In this document: positions 32,228 to 42,764 of the stretch, one piece after another | Layout: the number at the start of each line of letters is the position of its first letter | Numbering within the stretch: the stretch's first letter is position 1 | DNA from: Thecamonas trahens ATCC 50062 | Taxonomy: Eukaryota > Protista > Apusomonadida | Assembly: GCF_000142905.1 (NCBI RefSeq) | Contig: NW_013657611.1 | Span: 70,946 to 134,945 of the forward strand | Direction: 5' to 3' | Length of the DNA: 64,000 nt | Translations under genes and position numbers: made by a program | Notes under the pieces: model-generated | What the model saw: the letters and a program-made list of their open reading frames with translations, nothing else | The model's database searches: none | What the model was told of the DNA's origin: nothing

Positions 32228-35200
32228 TCAAGCCTTCAGCTTGTCCGCCACTCGCTCCCATGCCGCCGCTAGCGTCCGCGATGCTGGCGAGAGCAGCGTC
32301 AGGCTCAGCAGCGGAAGAAAGGTCGAGCCGTCGGCCGACGATCGGGGCGCTGCCGCGAGGAGCCGCGCAACCTCATCGATGCTCTGGTCGCCCACAAGCT
32401 CCTGAACTGCCATATCGACCCGTGCAAGGAGCTTCTGGAGGAGTGGTGCGAGGCGCGGCGTGGTCCACGCGCCGGCGAGTGCAGCTAGTGTCTGCGCGGC
32501 GGTGCCGACATCGCAGGCCGCCACTGCAGCCACGATTGCATCGCCAACCACTTCCGCCGTGATGACCACCACTTTGGGGTGCTTGCGGACGCGGACACGC
32601 CGGACCTTCTTGACTTTGACCCGAATGGTACGCTTGCCAGACCGCGGCTGCACAGATGGAGCCGCCCTCGCCACGCTCGGCGTGGTCGGGCCTGGCGGCG
32701 CGTCGGCGAGCGACGCCACAAACCGCAGAATGGGTGGGAGGAGATCGTGCCGCTGTGCGCCAAGGACAGCCTCTAGCACGTTGGCGAACGAGTCAAGCTG
32801 GAGTTCGTCTGGGCTAGCGTCGAGCAAAACAATAAGGAGGTTGACGCCCGAGTCGAGGTCGCCGAGTGCCAGTGCGCGCGCCACGAGCTCTGCCGGCTCG
32901 CCAAAAACCGAGAACATCCACGGCCAGAACGAGATGTCCGACTTGCGGACAACGCCGACGGCAGCAGCCAAAAAGACCTCCTCGCCGAGGTACTCGACAA
33001 ATGCCATCGAAGACTCGAGCAGGTCGTTGGCTTCTGACGCGGTGGCGGCGTGGAGGACTCGCTCGGCGAGGCCGGTCACACCAGCCGAAACTTGGCTGGC
33101 TGTGGCAACACTGCGCGCAAAGGCAAGGAGGGTCGGAAGATCGCTTCCACGCGCAAGGCAGTGCAGAATGTAGTGCGCAACAACTGTGTGACTCCGCAGC
33201 GCCCGCTCATAGCCGTCTGATCCGGCCGACGAGAAAAGCGTCGGGTCAAAAGCAGCGATGGTTCCCGAGGCCGCGTCGAGCGCGAGCGTCGGCGCATACC
33301 GTGAGCTCCACAGGCTCTGCTCCGGTCCGCTACGAGCAAGGTCGGCCATCCACATCGAAAGGGCCGGCGCGCGTCCAAAAGCAGAGTGTGCCGTGTTGAG
33401 CGCAAGGCCGGAGACTCCGCGCGGAGAGGTAGTGAGCACCACCAGGCCAAGGTCCGCCGGCGCCGGCGCGGCCACAAAAGTGCCGACATCGGATGCGATC
33501 CAGACCGGTGCCGACGCTGCGCACCGTGCCGTGTCAAGCGTGACGAGCCCAAGCCGCCCGCGATGGACAAAGAGCAGAGCCGCAGCGTCGTCTCGGTCTG
33601 GAAGCAGGTGAAGCGAGAGTGCGGGTGACGCAGCAACAAGCGAGCCGGTGCCCGCCTCACCAAGCTCGATACGAGACAGAGCAAGGTACGGTGAGTCGCT
33701 CGGTGGCGAGGCACGGACCAGCAGCCGCAGCGAGCCGCTGGCGTCAAGAACAGCAAGCAGGCCGCCCCCGGGCGAGGCAGCGAGGCGGGCGATGCGGGTC
33801 GGGAAGAGAAGCGGCGCCGGAATTGGGGTCGGAACAGCCAGCGGGCTGGTGAGCGAGAATGGAACAACCAAATACGATGCGGCGGCGCGTGAGTAGGCAG
33901 CAACAGCAAACCGCGAGTCGTCGAGCCAGACAACGGCGATGACAGCCAGATCGCGCTCAGTCGCTCGCGAGCCAATGAGGTGCCACTTTGCGGTGCGGAC
34001 ATCGTAGACGGTAAAGCCGGCACCAGCCCAGACAACGCCATGGAGCGCTGACGGCGACCAGGCCCATCCGACAACCGGCGCGTTGTAGTCCTCGAGATAA
34101 GTGGGCGGATATGCGACGCAAGGGTTGAGGAGCAGCGCCGACCGCGGGCCGACGTCTTCTTCGAGCGCCTCCTCGACAAAAGCCTTGTACACCACGAGAC
34201 CAGACTCGGAGACAAGAGTGAGGGCGCGCTCGCGGACGTTGCTTTGCATTAGATCGTACTTGTGAAGCTCGGCGGGCGAGGCAGCGAGGAGAGCAAAGCC
34301 GCGGGCAAACCAGCCGATGCTTGCAGTGTCCGGGGCGAGTGCAGCTGTGCGCGCATCGATGCGGGCCGGCGCTGCCGACGCGTACGACCAGGTGAGCAGA
34401 GCACGGGTGTGGTCGGAGAGGGTGACTGTGATGCCGACAGCATCGCCGCGTGGTGCAGCGACCACAGCACCGCTCACCACCACCGCAGCTGCAGGGTCGT
34501 CGAGGTCAAGGGCGGCAACAAGATCGATAGACGCCAGATGGCGGAGCAAGAGGCCCGCAGAGCTGCGGCGACGGGTGGCAGCAAAAACGCTCAGTGCGCC
34601 TGATGCCGTGAGGACGACGACCGCGCCATGGCGCGGAAGCAGTGCGCCGGCCACGGCGTCGGTCCCGGGTATGCTCGCGGTCTCTACACCAGTAGACGCC
34701 ATGTCGTAGCGGACAACGCGTGCCGAGCCGTAGCTTGTCACCGCCAGCACCCAGAGCGCGTCACGGTCATCGCCATCGTCGGCAGCAGCAAGCGCAGTGA
34801 TTGGCGCGTCGAGCTCGACGACCACGGCTGGCGCGTCGGGATCGCCCTCGAGCAGCTCCCACGGCGTGCAGACAGCTGTCGAGCCTGCTGCAGCAACCAC
34901 TCGGTGGCGGGTAGCGGCCAAGAGCGGTGCGCCGGGGCCCAGATCGGCGCCGTGCGTCTCCGTGATGGCGAGGGCGGCCGGCCCGGCCGATGCGAGTCGG
35001 CAGAGCGCTAGGCGAGGAGGATGGGCATGGACAAAGGCCAGATGTGACCCAGACCAATCGGCAGCCATGGCAGAGAGTGGCGGGAGGGTGTCCGGAGGCG
35101 CAGCAGCCTTTGCCACACATGCCTCTGGCTGTGGCCGTGAGAGCCACTGGACGAGCGAGCCATCAGCGTGAGCCACAAAGCCCGCCGAGGCCGAGAGGGT

Positions 35201-35287
35201 AGTACAAGTGGCAACCACAGGCGAGGTGTTGCTGCTGCGGAGGATCAGTCGTGTCCCTGGTGTTGCCCGTGGGACGTATGTCCACAT
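32228..35287 (-). CDS. RIC1: RIC1-like Rab6 GEF complex subunit
   Basis: 1019-aa ORF with beta-propeller-like N-terminal part; PPTYLEDYNAP, GFTVYDVRTAKWHL and VRKSDISFWPWMFSVFGEPAELVARALALGDLDSGVNLLIVL (RIC1 domain pattern). Confidence 0.75.
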   Translation of the reverse strand: MWTYVPRATPGTRLILRSSNTSPVVATCTTLSASAGFVAHADGSLVQWLSRPQPEACVAKAAAPPDTLPPLSAMAADWSGSHLAFVHAHPPRLALCRLASAGPAALAITETHGADLGPGAPLLAATRHRVVAAAGSTAVCTPWELLEGDPDAPAVVVELDAPITALAAADDGDDRDALWVLAVTSYGSARVVRYDMASTGVETASIPGTDAVAGALLPRHGAVVVLTASGALSVFAATRRRSSAGLLLRHLASIDLVAALDLDDPAAAVVVSGAVVAAPRGDAVGITVTLSDHTRALLTWSYASAAPARIDARTAALAPDTASIGWFARGFALLAASPAELHKYDLMQSNVRERALTLVSESGLVVYKAFVEEALEEDVGPRSALLLNPCVAYPPTYLEDYNAPVVGWAWSPSALHGVVWAGAGFTVYDVRTAKWHLIGSRATERDLAVIAVVWLDDSRFAVAAYSRAAASYLVVPFSLTSPLAVPTPIPAPLLFPTRIARLAASPGGGLLAVLDASGSLRLLVRASPPSDSPYLALSRIELGEAGTGSLVAASPALSLHLLPDRDDAAALLFVHRGRLGLVTLDTARCAASAPVWIASDVGTFVAAPAPADLGLVVLTTSPRGVSGLALNTAHSAFGRAPALSMWMADLARSGPEQSLWSSRYAPTLALDAASGTIAAFDPTLFSSAGSDGYERALRSHTVVAHYILHCLARGSDLPTLLAFARSVATASQVSAGVTGLAERVLHAATASEANDLLESSMAFVEYLGEEVFLAAAVGVVRKSDISFWPWMFSVFGEPAELVARALALGDLDSGVNLLIVLLDASPDELQLDSFANVLEAVLGAQRHDLLPPILRFVASLADAPPGPTTPSVARAAPSVQPRSGKRTIRVKVKKVRRVRVRKHPKVVVITAEVVGDAIVAAVAACDVGTAAQTLAALAGAWTTPRLAPLLQKLLARVDMAVQELVGDQSIDEVARLLAAAPRSSADGSTFLPLLSLTLLSPASRTLAAAWERVADKLKA

Positions 35288-35574
35288 GGCAAGCGAGCCT
35301 GGCGGAGAGTGAGGTGGCGCAAGGTGGTGGTGGCGCGAGTGGTACGACGGTCATTGGCTACTGATGATGATGATGATGATGGTGATGGTGATGGTGATGG
35401 TGATGAGAGTGACGAAGACACAGACGACCGATAGTGGTGTGCCACCCAGAGTATAAGCTGAGAGATGGTGGAAGGGGAAGATGGACAAGCGATGTTATTT
35501 GAGGGGTGTGGGGGAGTGGAAGAGGGGTGGGGGGGGGGGGGGGGGGGAGGGGAGGGCCGGGTCAGACCGGGTCG

Positions 35575-35674
35575 NNNNNNNNNNNNNNNNNNNNNNNNNN
35601 NNNNNNNNNNNNNNNNNNNNNNNNNNNNNNNNNNNNNNNNNNNNNNNNNNNNNNNNNNNNNNNNNNNNNNNNNN
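35575..35674. other. Assembly gap (100 N) flanked by poly-G tracts
   Basis: Run of N. Confidence 0.99.
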
Positions 35675-36347
35675 CGGGTCGAGGTGGGACAGGGGAGGGA
35701 CAGGGGGGGGGGGGGGACGGAGAGGGGGGACGGAATGGAAGCGGGACAGTTCCGAGACATTCGTTTGTCAAAGGTGAGTGCGAGCGGTACCCCCTGTCTC
35801 CAGACAGACTCGAGCATATAACAGGCAGAGGAACAACGACCATGCCTCCGACTGCTATGGGTAAGTGGTAGTGAGGGAGTGAGGGAGATGGAGGGGAGGG
35901 GGCAAGGGCAGGAGGAGGGGGAGGGGGAGGCGGGCGGGCTGACGGTAGGCAGTACGCGTGCCAGCAAGGCGGTTGGATGGATGACCTGCCACGTGTGCCG
36001 CGAGGGTCCGTGGTGATGGCGGCGGGCTGGAAGGAAAGGAAGGAGAGAAACGTGCGGGAAAGTAGATGATGATGATGGAGGATGGTATAGACATGTACAG
36101 GCGGGAGGTGGGGCGTATGGGGGGGAGGAGGGTGCTGTGAGGATGGGTACGAGTAGCATGCGGAAAGTGGGCGAGGCGGCAAATTGGTGTTTTCGCGGGC
36201 AAAAACTCCACGCGATGTGGCAAAGGTTTGAGCCGAGTCCAGGTGAAAAGGGGCATGGGTGACGGACGCGACTCACTGTAGGCAACGACGGATGGGTGGG
36301 ACAATGGGACAGATACGAGTGCTGCGGCTGTGCCGTCTGTGATCACG

Positions 36348-37613
36348 ATGAAGGACGTGGCGCGGCACAACCACAAGGACGACTGCTGGATTGTGATCGA
36401 GGGCAAGGTGTACGATGCTACGCAGTTCCTGGAGGAGCATCCTGGCGGGCGGGTGCTTGCGACGTGGGCCGGGTCTGACGCGACGGAGGCGTTTGAGGCG
36501 TTCCACTCTGAGGAGGCGCAGGACATGCTCTCGTCGTTCTTTGTGGGCCCGCTTGCGGATCCGGCCAAGGTGCCGCTGCTGGAGGACTTTCACAAGCTCA
36601 AGCTGGAGTTTGCGGCGGAAGGGCTGTTCGAGCCGTCATATGCGTACTTTACGTTCAAGGTTCTGTTCAACCTGGGCATGCTCGCGGCGACGGTGTGGGC
36701 GATGTGGGCACTGGGCGGCGGGATGGCGTCGGCGATTGTGGGCGCGGTGAGCGTTGCGGTCTTCTGGCAGCAGTGCGGCTGGCTCTCGCACGACTTTTTG
36801 CACCACCAGGTGTTTGACGACCGGTGGTACGGACATGCGATGGGCTACTTTCTGGGCAACGTCCTTCAGGGCTTCTCTGTCACGTGGTGGGTGCTGAAGC
36901 ACTCGACGCACCATGCGATTCCCAACGTGATGGCCGGTGTTCGTGACGGCGATCCAGACGCGCAGACGATGCCGCTGCTTGCGTGGGCGGACGCGTTCCT
37001 TGAGGGCGAGCTTGAGGACGGTATGCCGCCGTTCCTCATCCGGTACCAGCACATCACGTTCCTGCCGCTGCTCTGTGTGGCGCGCATCTCGTGGGTCATC
37101 CAGTCGCTGCTCACGGCGCTGGGTTCTGACGAGGTCCCGCCGCACCGGCGCACGACCGAAGTCCTCACGCTCGTGGTCCACTACGCGTACTACGCGGCGA
37201 TGGCGTACTTCCTCCTCGACTCGTGGAAGGAGATGATGGTGTTTGTCCTGCTTTCGCAGGCTGTTGCCGGCCTCTGCCTCGGCACCGTCTTTACCATCAA
37301 CCATAACTCGATGGAGATGCTCGACTCGGACGCCATCAACCACACCAACTTTGTGGCCATGCAGTACCGCACGACCCGCAACATCTCGCCGTCGTTCATT
37401 GGTGACTGGTTCACCGGCGGTCTTTCGTACCAGATCGAGCACCACCTGTTCCCGACGCTCCCGCGCCACCGGTTCAAGGCCATTGCGCCGCGGGTTGAGG
37501 CTCTTGCCGCCAAGCACGGCCTCGTCTACCAGCACATTGGCTTCTTTGCTGGCCTCATCGACGTCATCCGCTGCCTGCGCCGCGTGGCGACCAACCACAT
37601 GAAGGCCGACTGA
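36348..37613 (+). CDS. Cytochrome b5-fused front-end fatty acid desaturase (delta-5/6/8 type); start may be 36255
   Basis: HPGG heme motif; His boxes HDFLHH, HSTHH and QIEHH. Confidence 0.95.
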   Translation: MKDVARHNHKDDCWIVIEGKVYDATQFLEEHPGGRVLATWAGSDATEAFEAFHSEEAQDMLSSFFVGPLADPAKVPLLEDFHKLKLEFAAEGLFEPSYAYFTFKVLFNLGMLAATVWAMWALGGGMASAIVGAVSVAVFWQQCGWLSHDFLHHQVFDDRWYGHAMGYFLGNVLQGFSVTWWVLKHSTHHAIPNVMAGVRDGDPDAQTMPLLAWADAFLEGELEDGMPPFLIRYQHITFLPLLCVARISWVIQSLLTALGSDEVPPHRRTTEVLTLVVHYAYYAAMAYFLLDSWKEMMVFVLLSQAVAGLCLGTVFTINHNSMEMLDSDAINHTNFVAMQYRTTRNISPSFIGDWFTGGLSYQIEHHLFPTLPRHRFKAIAPRVEALAAKHGLVYQHIGFFAGLIDVIRCLRRVATNHMKAD

Positions 37614-37801
37614 GGCAAGGCACGCAGCCACAACAAATGCACACATACACACACACGCGTGCGCCGCTGCCCAGCTGGGGTGTGTCGACCCGCGCATCGG
37701 TTCGTTTATCGACAAGCGGATCAGGCCCTCCGAGTCGAAACGACGTGAGAGAGAAGATGAAGGCTGATGAAGGCTGCTCGTGTCGGCGCCAGAGAGTGGC
37801 G

Positions 37802-38577
37802 TCACAACAATGTGCACCACTTTTTGGACGGCGGGCGGGAGGCGGGTCTGTTGTCGACAATGCCGCGGATGACGGTCTCAAAGGCCTCTCGGACGTTGTC
37901 GCCCGACTTGGCGGACGTCTCCATGTACGCGCACCCAAGCTCTTCCGCCTTTGCACGGCCCTCCTCCTCCGATACCTCGCGCTGGTCAGTGAGATCGGCC
38001 TTGTTGCCCACCACCAGCACGGTGACGCCGTCGAGCGAGTCCGACTCGCGGCAGAAACGCAGCTGCTGGATAAAGTCGTCGAGCTCAAGCAGCGAGGCGC
38101 GAGCGGTGAGCGAAAAGACAAAGATAAAGCCATGGCCCTTTTTGAGGTACTGATCTCGAAGGTATGAAAACTGATCTGAGCCTGCCGTGTCGAGGATGTA
38201 CACCACCAGCGACCGTCCGTCCAGCACAATGGTCTTCCTGTACGAGTCCTCGAGCGTCGGCTCGTAGTTGTCCACAAAGTGGCCCGAGTTGTACCGCACC
38301 GTCAGCGCCGACTTGCCCACAGCCACTATCGCCCTCCATCCCGTGAGTGAGTGTGGCTGGGCAGGTGTGTGTGAGCGGGGAGGGGGGGGGGGGGGGGGGG
38401 GGGGGCGGGCATGCCACCTGCCGTCCTTCCGTATCCTCCTGCCACCACCACCCTCCCTACCCCCCTTCCCCGCTTTCCCCGGCCTTCTGCTACCTAGTAC
38501 GTACTTGGGCCCATGACCGCGAGTACGGTCTCCATGGCCGAGGTGAACGATGGACCAATGTCCAGCTCGCCTTCCAT
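37802..38577 (-). CDS. Ras/Rap-family small GTPase paralog A (exons 38577-38505 and 38325-37802)
   Basis: Spliced G1 GPMAVGKS, G2 YEPTLEDSY, G3 DTAGSDQ, G4 NKAD, G5 ETSAK, C-terminal KKWCTLL. Confidence 0.9.
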
Positions 38578-38777
38578 GGTGGGGGTGGGTGGGAGGGTGG
38601 TGGGGGTGGGACGGAGGGGGGTGGAGTGATGGCTTTGCTCGTGCTCGCGGGTGGTTTGGCCGAGCGTTGGGCGAGTTCCATGGGTGCCGAGTCGGGTGCG
38701 CCATTGGGTGCACACGGGGTGCGATCACGCGTGTATGCGAAGAAAAGGGGGGGGGGACAGCTCGCACCTTCTGGGAC

Positions 38778-39679
38778 TCACAAGAGTGTGCACCACTTCT
38801 TGGAGGGCGGCGGGAGGGCGCGGGAGGCGATGACCCGGCGGAGGATGGCCTCGAAGCTCTCGCGGACGTTGGCACCAGTCTTGGCGGAGGTCTCAGCGTA
38901 GTCACAGCCCCATTCGGCAGCCTTGGTCCGGGCCTCCTCGTCGGTGACCTCGCGGGCGTCAGTCAGATCGGCCTTGTTGCCAACAATGGTGACGGCGATG
39001 TCGTCAAGCGACTCGGTCTCGCGACAGAACTTGAGCTGGGTGACAAACTCGTCGAGCTCAAGGAGCGAGGCGCGGTTTGTGAGCGAGAAAACAAGAAAGA
39101 ACCCGGAGCCCTTCTTCATGTACTGGTCGCGGTTGTAGGCAAACTGATCGGTGCCTGCGGTGTCGTAGACGTAAACATCCTGCGCGCGGCCGTCGAGCAC
39201 AATGGTCTTGCGGTACACGTCCTCCAGCGTCGGATCGTACCGCTCCACAAAGTGACCCGAGTGATACATGACTGTCAGGGCCGACTTGCCCACGGCGGCT
39301 ACCACGCAGTAGTTGATGGCCATCCATGAACGAGGGAGGAGGGGTTGATACAAGTGAGTCTTGCTGGGTTGGTGGCGGGGTGGAGTGGCGGTGGAGGAGC
39401 ATGGTCACACCTATATACACAAGCACACATACATACATACATACATACATGCACACATACATACATAAATACATACATGCATACATACATGTATACACTG
39501 TCTGCCACTCTCCTACACACGCCCCTCCCCCCCTCCCCCCGCTCCTCCCGCTAATCCCCTCCCTCCCCCCCTCCCCCCCTCCCCCCCCCCGCCTCCCCCC
39601 CTCCATCAAGACCACACATACCCGGACCCAGCACCACCAACACAGTCTGGTTTCCTTCTCCAAACCCATGCCCTGCCAT
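38778..39679 (-). CDS. Ras/Rap-family small GTPase paralog B (exons 39679-39622 and 39298-38778)
   Basis: Spliced G1 GPAAVGKS, G2 YDPTLEDVY, G3 DTAGTDQ, NKAD, ETSAK, C-terminal KKWCTLL. Confidence 0.9.
39421..39495. repeat. (ATAC)n microsatellite in the intron of Ras paralog B
   Basis: Imperfect catacatacatac run. Confidence 0.9.
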
Positions 39680-40089
39680 GATGGAAAGAGGATGAGAGTG
39701 AGTGTTGGAAGCGAAAGGTGATCCGCTGACAGGTGGTGATGCCATGTGCCAAAGGGGGGGGGGGGGAGGGGCTGGCAGGCAGCGGCAAAAAGCAGGCAGC
39801 TTGCAGGAGGGAGTGCAAGGACGGGGAAGGCGGAGGACAAGCCGGTGACGGCCATGATGGATACGGCTGTGATCGGATGAGCTGATCATCACCACCACCA
39901 TCACCTCCTCCACGGCCACTACATCCATCACTGCCATCCCCACCACTATCCCCCCCACTCCCCCCCCCCCCCCCCCCCCCACCTCCCCCCCTCCTTCCCC
40001 AGCCCCGCCTCCACTGGCGCAATGTATGATGGATGGGCGGTGAGGAGGCCATCCACCGACGACAGACGGTGGCACACCGCTCGCTCGGG

Positions 40090-41226
40090 ATGGGCGACTT
40101 TAAGGACGGACGGAGTGGGGTCGGGTGGCCGGTGGTCTTTGCTGGTGGTATGGTGGTGGGTGCGCTGGCGTCGACCGCTACCTTTGCGTCGTACCTTGCG
40201 TACAAGGCCTACTTTCGGAGGGTCAAGCGACACGAGATTCATCGCTTGCGCTCCGAGCTGGCGGTGATGCAGGCGGCGAACCCGGCGCACACGCTCGATC
40301 TCAAGCTGGCGTCGCGCGGGCGGGCTGTGGAGCGAGCAGACTCTGCGGTGAAGCCACGGATGGAGCAGAGCACTGACGCTCCAGTCTTCTCCATTGTGCT
40401 CACGGGTGGGCCCATGGGCGGCAAGTCGTCGTGCCTCGAGGTCATCACCAAGGCTCTCGCCCTCCGCGGCTACGAGGTGTATGTAGCGCCAGAGATCCCC
40501 ACCCTTCTGCTCAACGGCGGCTGCCGCTACCCCAAGACCGAGGGCGGGCCCATGCTAGAGGCCTTTGAGACGGCGCTGCTGCACCTGCAGTGGCAGCTCG
40601 AGAACTCGTTCTTTAAGATTGCGCTTGCTGCCCGCAAGCCCTCAGTCATCATCTACGACCGCGGCCTGATGGACGTTCGCGCCTTTGTGCCGGACACCAT
40701 GTGGCAGTCCATGCTTACCGCTAACGGCTGGTCCGAGGACGTCTTTATGGGTCGCTACGACTTGGTCATGCACCTCATGTCGGCGGCGTCGGGCCTGCAA
40801 GAGGTCTACGAGGAGGTCTGCTCCTCGCAGCCCAACTCGCGCATTGCCACTATTCCTGCCGCACGCGACCTCGATGCTCGCCTGGTTGCCTGCTGGCAAG
40901 CCCACCCCAAGCACATCGTTGTCCCCAACTACGACGACTTTGAGGTCAAGAAGAATCGCGCCCTCCAGCACGTGCTCGACATGATCCGGACCGCCGAGCA
41001 AATGATGCCTGTGGTCTCGCCCGAGCAACTTGCACCACCGCGCCGCCGTACCACTACACATACGGACTCGCCGCTGGCCTCACCGTCCATCTTTGAGTGG
41101 TCGTTTGAGACCGAGGACGATCCCGCTCGCCGCTCGCCGAGCGATCCGGTCCTCGCCGGTGCCGGCGATGACTCGGCGTCTGACAACGACGACGACGACG
41201 TTGTTGTCGAGCTCGGCGTCTCATAA
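40090..41226 (+). CDS. NadR/Ttd14-type P-loop (AAA_28) protein with N-terminal TM helix
   Basis: IVLTGGPMGGKSS, APEIPTLLLNGG, IIYDRGLMD, RYDLVMHLMSAA, WQAHP. Confidence 0.8.
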   Translation: MGDFKDGRSGVGWPVVFAGGMVVGALASTATFASYLAYKAYFRRVKRHEIHRLRSELAVMQAANPAHTLDLKLASRGRAVERADSAVKPRMEQSTDAPVFSIVLTGGPMGGKSSCLEVITKALALRGYEVYVAPEIPTLLLNGGCRYPKTEGGPMLEAFETALLHLQWQLENSFFKIALAARKPSVIIYDRGLMDVRAFVPDTMWQSMLTANGWSEDVFMGRYDLVMHLMSAASGLQEVYEEVCSSQPNSRIATIPAARDLDARLVACWQAHPKHIVVPNYDDFEVKKNRALQHVLDMIRTAEQMMPVVSPEQLAPPRRRTTTHTDSPLASPSIFEWSFETEDDPARRSPSDPVLAGAGDDSASDNDDDDVVVELGVS

Positions 41227-41469
41227 CGCCACGACTCTGGCATGTGCGTCCTGCTGCGTGGCTAATGGGCAAGTAGTAGGTCGGTGTTTTTGTTGTTGTG
41301 CGGTCGTCCCGGGATGCGGCTCCGACCAAGCCGAGCGGACACGACAAGCGATTCATCGTCTGCCAACGACGACGACAACTTGAGAAGAGGGGGGGGAGGG
41401 GGGAGAGAGAGAGGAAGGAGGACGAGAATGAGAGAGATGTTGTCAGAAACTCTGGACTCTGAAGACTTC

Positions 41470-42390
41470 TCACGCGCTGGAACCGCAAGTCGAGGTGTGC
41501 CCGCCGCTGGCGGTGGGGCTGCCACAGTTGTCCGAGGCTGCGGAGAGCCAAGGCAGCGACGGCGCCGGTCCGTAACGGGCGAGGATAGCGTCGGCATCCT
41601 CGTCGAGGATGGGACTTGTGTAGAAAATCGGCGGTGACGGCAATGCGGCCTGCTTGACAAGTGCCGGGGACGGTGGAAGGTCTGGGTTGACGATCTCGGC
41701 GAGGAGCTCGCCCTTGGTGGTCCGCAGGGCGAGCGGGACCGAGCGCAGCACGTCGGGCTGCGGCGGGAGGCTCTTCTCGGAGTGAATAAACTTACAGCGG
41801 GTACCGTACGGACACATGCCGGTGGTCCAGAACGACTTGCACTCCTGCGTCTTGTACTTGGGATGGCGGACAACCGGGCGGAGCTCGGCGGTGCCGTGTG
41901 CAAACTGGCACCGATCGCCATAACGGCAAGTCCCAGTCTCAGACCAAGCATTGCAGAGCTCAGTCTTGTACTTGGAGCCTTGCAACGCCTCCCGCGACTC
42001 ACCGCGGCGAGCGCTGCCGCGCGACGGCGAGCGCGAGCTCGACGCAGACAGTGAGCCGGATGAGGTCGGCGGTGAGGTCGAGAGCGTCCGCGTCCGCGTC
42101 CGCGGGCGGTGCCTTCCTGAACGTTGACGATTCTTTTGACACGCGGCAAAATTCGAGCCTGACGTTCGTGAACAATGGTTGGCTTTGTCAAGAGAGGAGC
42201 GACGCATGTGCGAGCGACTATCAACAGCAGACAATGATGACGAAGACGATGAGACCGAGGAGATGGACGAGACAGAGCTCTCGTCGTACGACGACGGGCC
42301 GTAGTTGCGGCTCATGCCCGATGCCGTATCCGCTCTGTTCTGCCGCAAGTGGGCGTTGTCGGACGACCGAGGCGGGCGGGGGCCAGTCAT
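41470..42390 (-). CDS. Tandem CCCH zinc-finger mRNA decay factor (TTP/ZFP36 family)
   Basis: KYKTELC-x8-C-x5-C-x3-H and KYKTQEC-x8-C-x5-C-x3-H; a downstream ATG (MSRNYG) is an alternative start. Confidence 0.92.
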   Translation of the reverse strand: MTGPRPPRSSDNAHLRQNRADTASGMSRNYGPSSYDESSVSSISSVSSSSSSLSAVDSRSHMRRSSLDKANHCSRTSGSNFAACQKNRQRSGRHRPRTRTRTLSTSPPTSSGSLSASSSRSPSRGSARRGESREALQGSKYKTELCNAWSETGTCRYGDRCQFAHGTAELRPVVRHPKYKTQECKSFWTTGMCPYGTRCKFIHSEKSLPPQPDVLRSVPLALRTTKGELLAEIVNPDLPPSPALVKQAALPSPPIFYTSPILDEDADAILARYGPAPSLPWLSAASDNCGSPTASGGHTSTCGSSA

Positions 42391-42764
42391 TGTGAGGCAG
42401 CTCTTGTGGTGCGGAGAGCGGGCGGGTTACAGTGCGACGCGAGCGAGAATAATGCACAACCTAGCTGGTGGTAGATGCAAAAGGCAGGAGAGAGAGTACG
42501 CTTGTGGCCACACTTTGGTATGGGTCGGCGAGTCTTCACGAAGACTAGCTGCGGGAGGAGTGTGGCAAGACTGTCTGGTGTGGTCCAATTGACGCGAGGG
42601 CAGGCTGGACAAAAAAAGTTCCACGCGGCAAGCGGACATCGGGCCGCTATCCGCGCACAAGCGGGGAATTCCACCCAAATTGGCTACGAGGCGACAAAGC
42701 TGGCTGTTGAGCAGAAAGCTACTATGGGAGGAGGAACAGTTCAATGAGGCCACGGCCGAGGTCG

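Noticed and set aside
35245-36285. ORFs spanning the N gap
   Set aside because: Low-complexity poly-G/poly-C translations across unknown sequence.
36348-37613. Desaturase as a sphingolipid delta-8 enzyme belonging to the ceramidase-kinase pair
   Set aside because: The first His box HDFLHH fits acyl front-end desaturases better than the HDSGH type, and the gene is 17 kb away.
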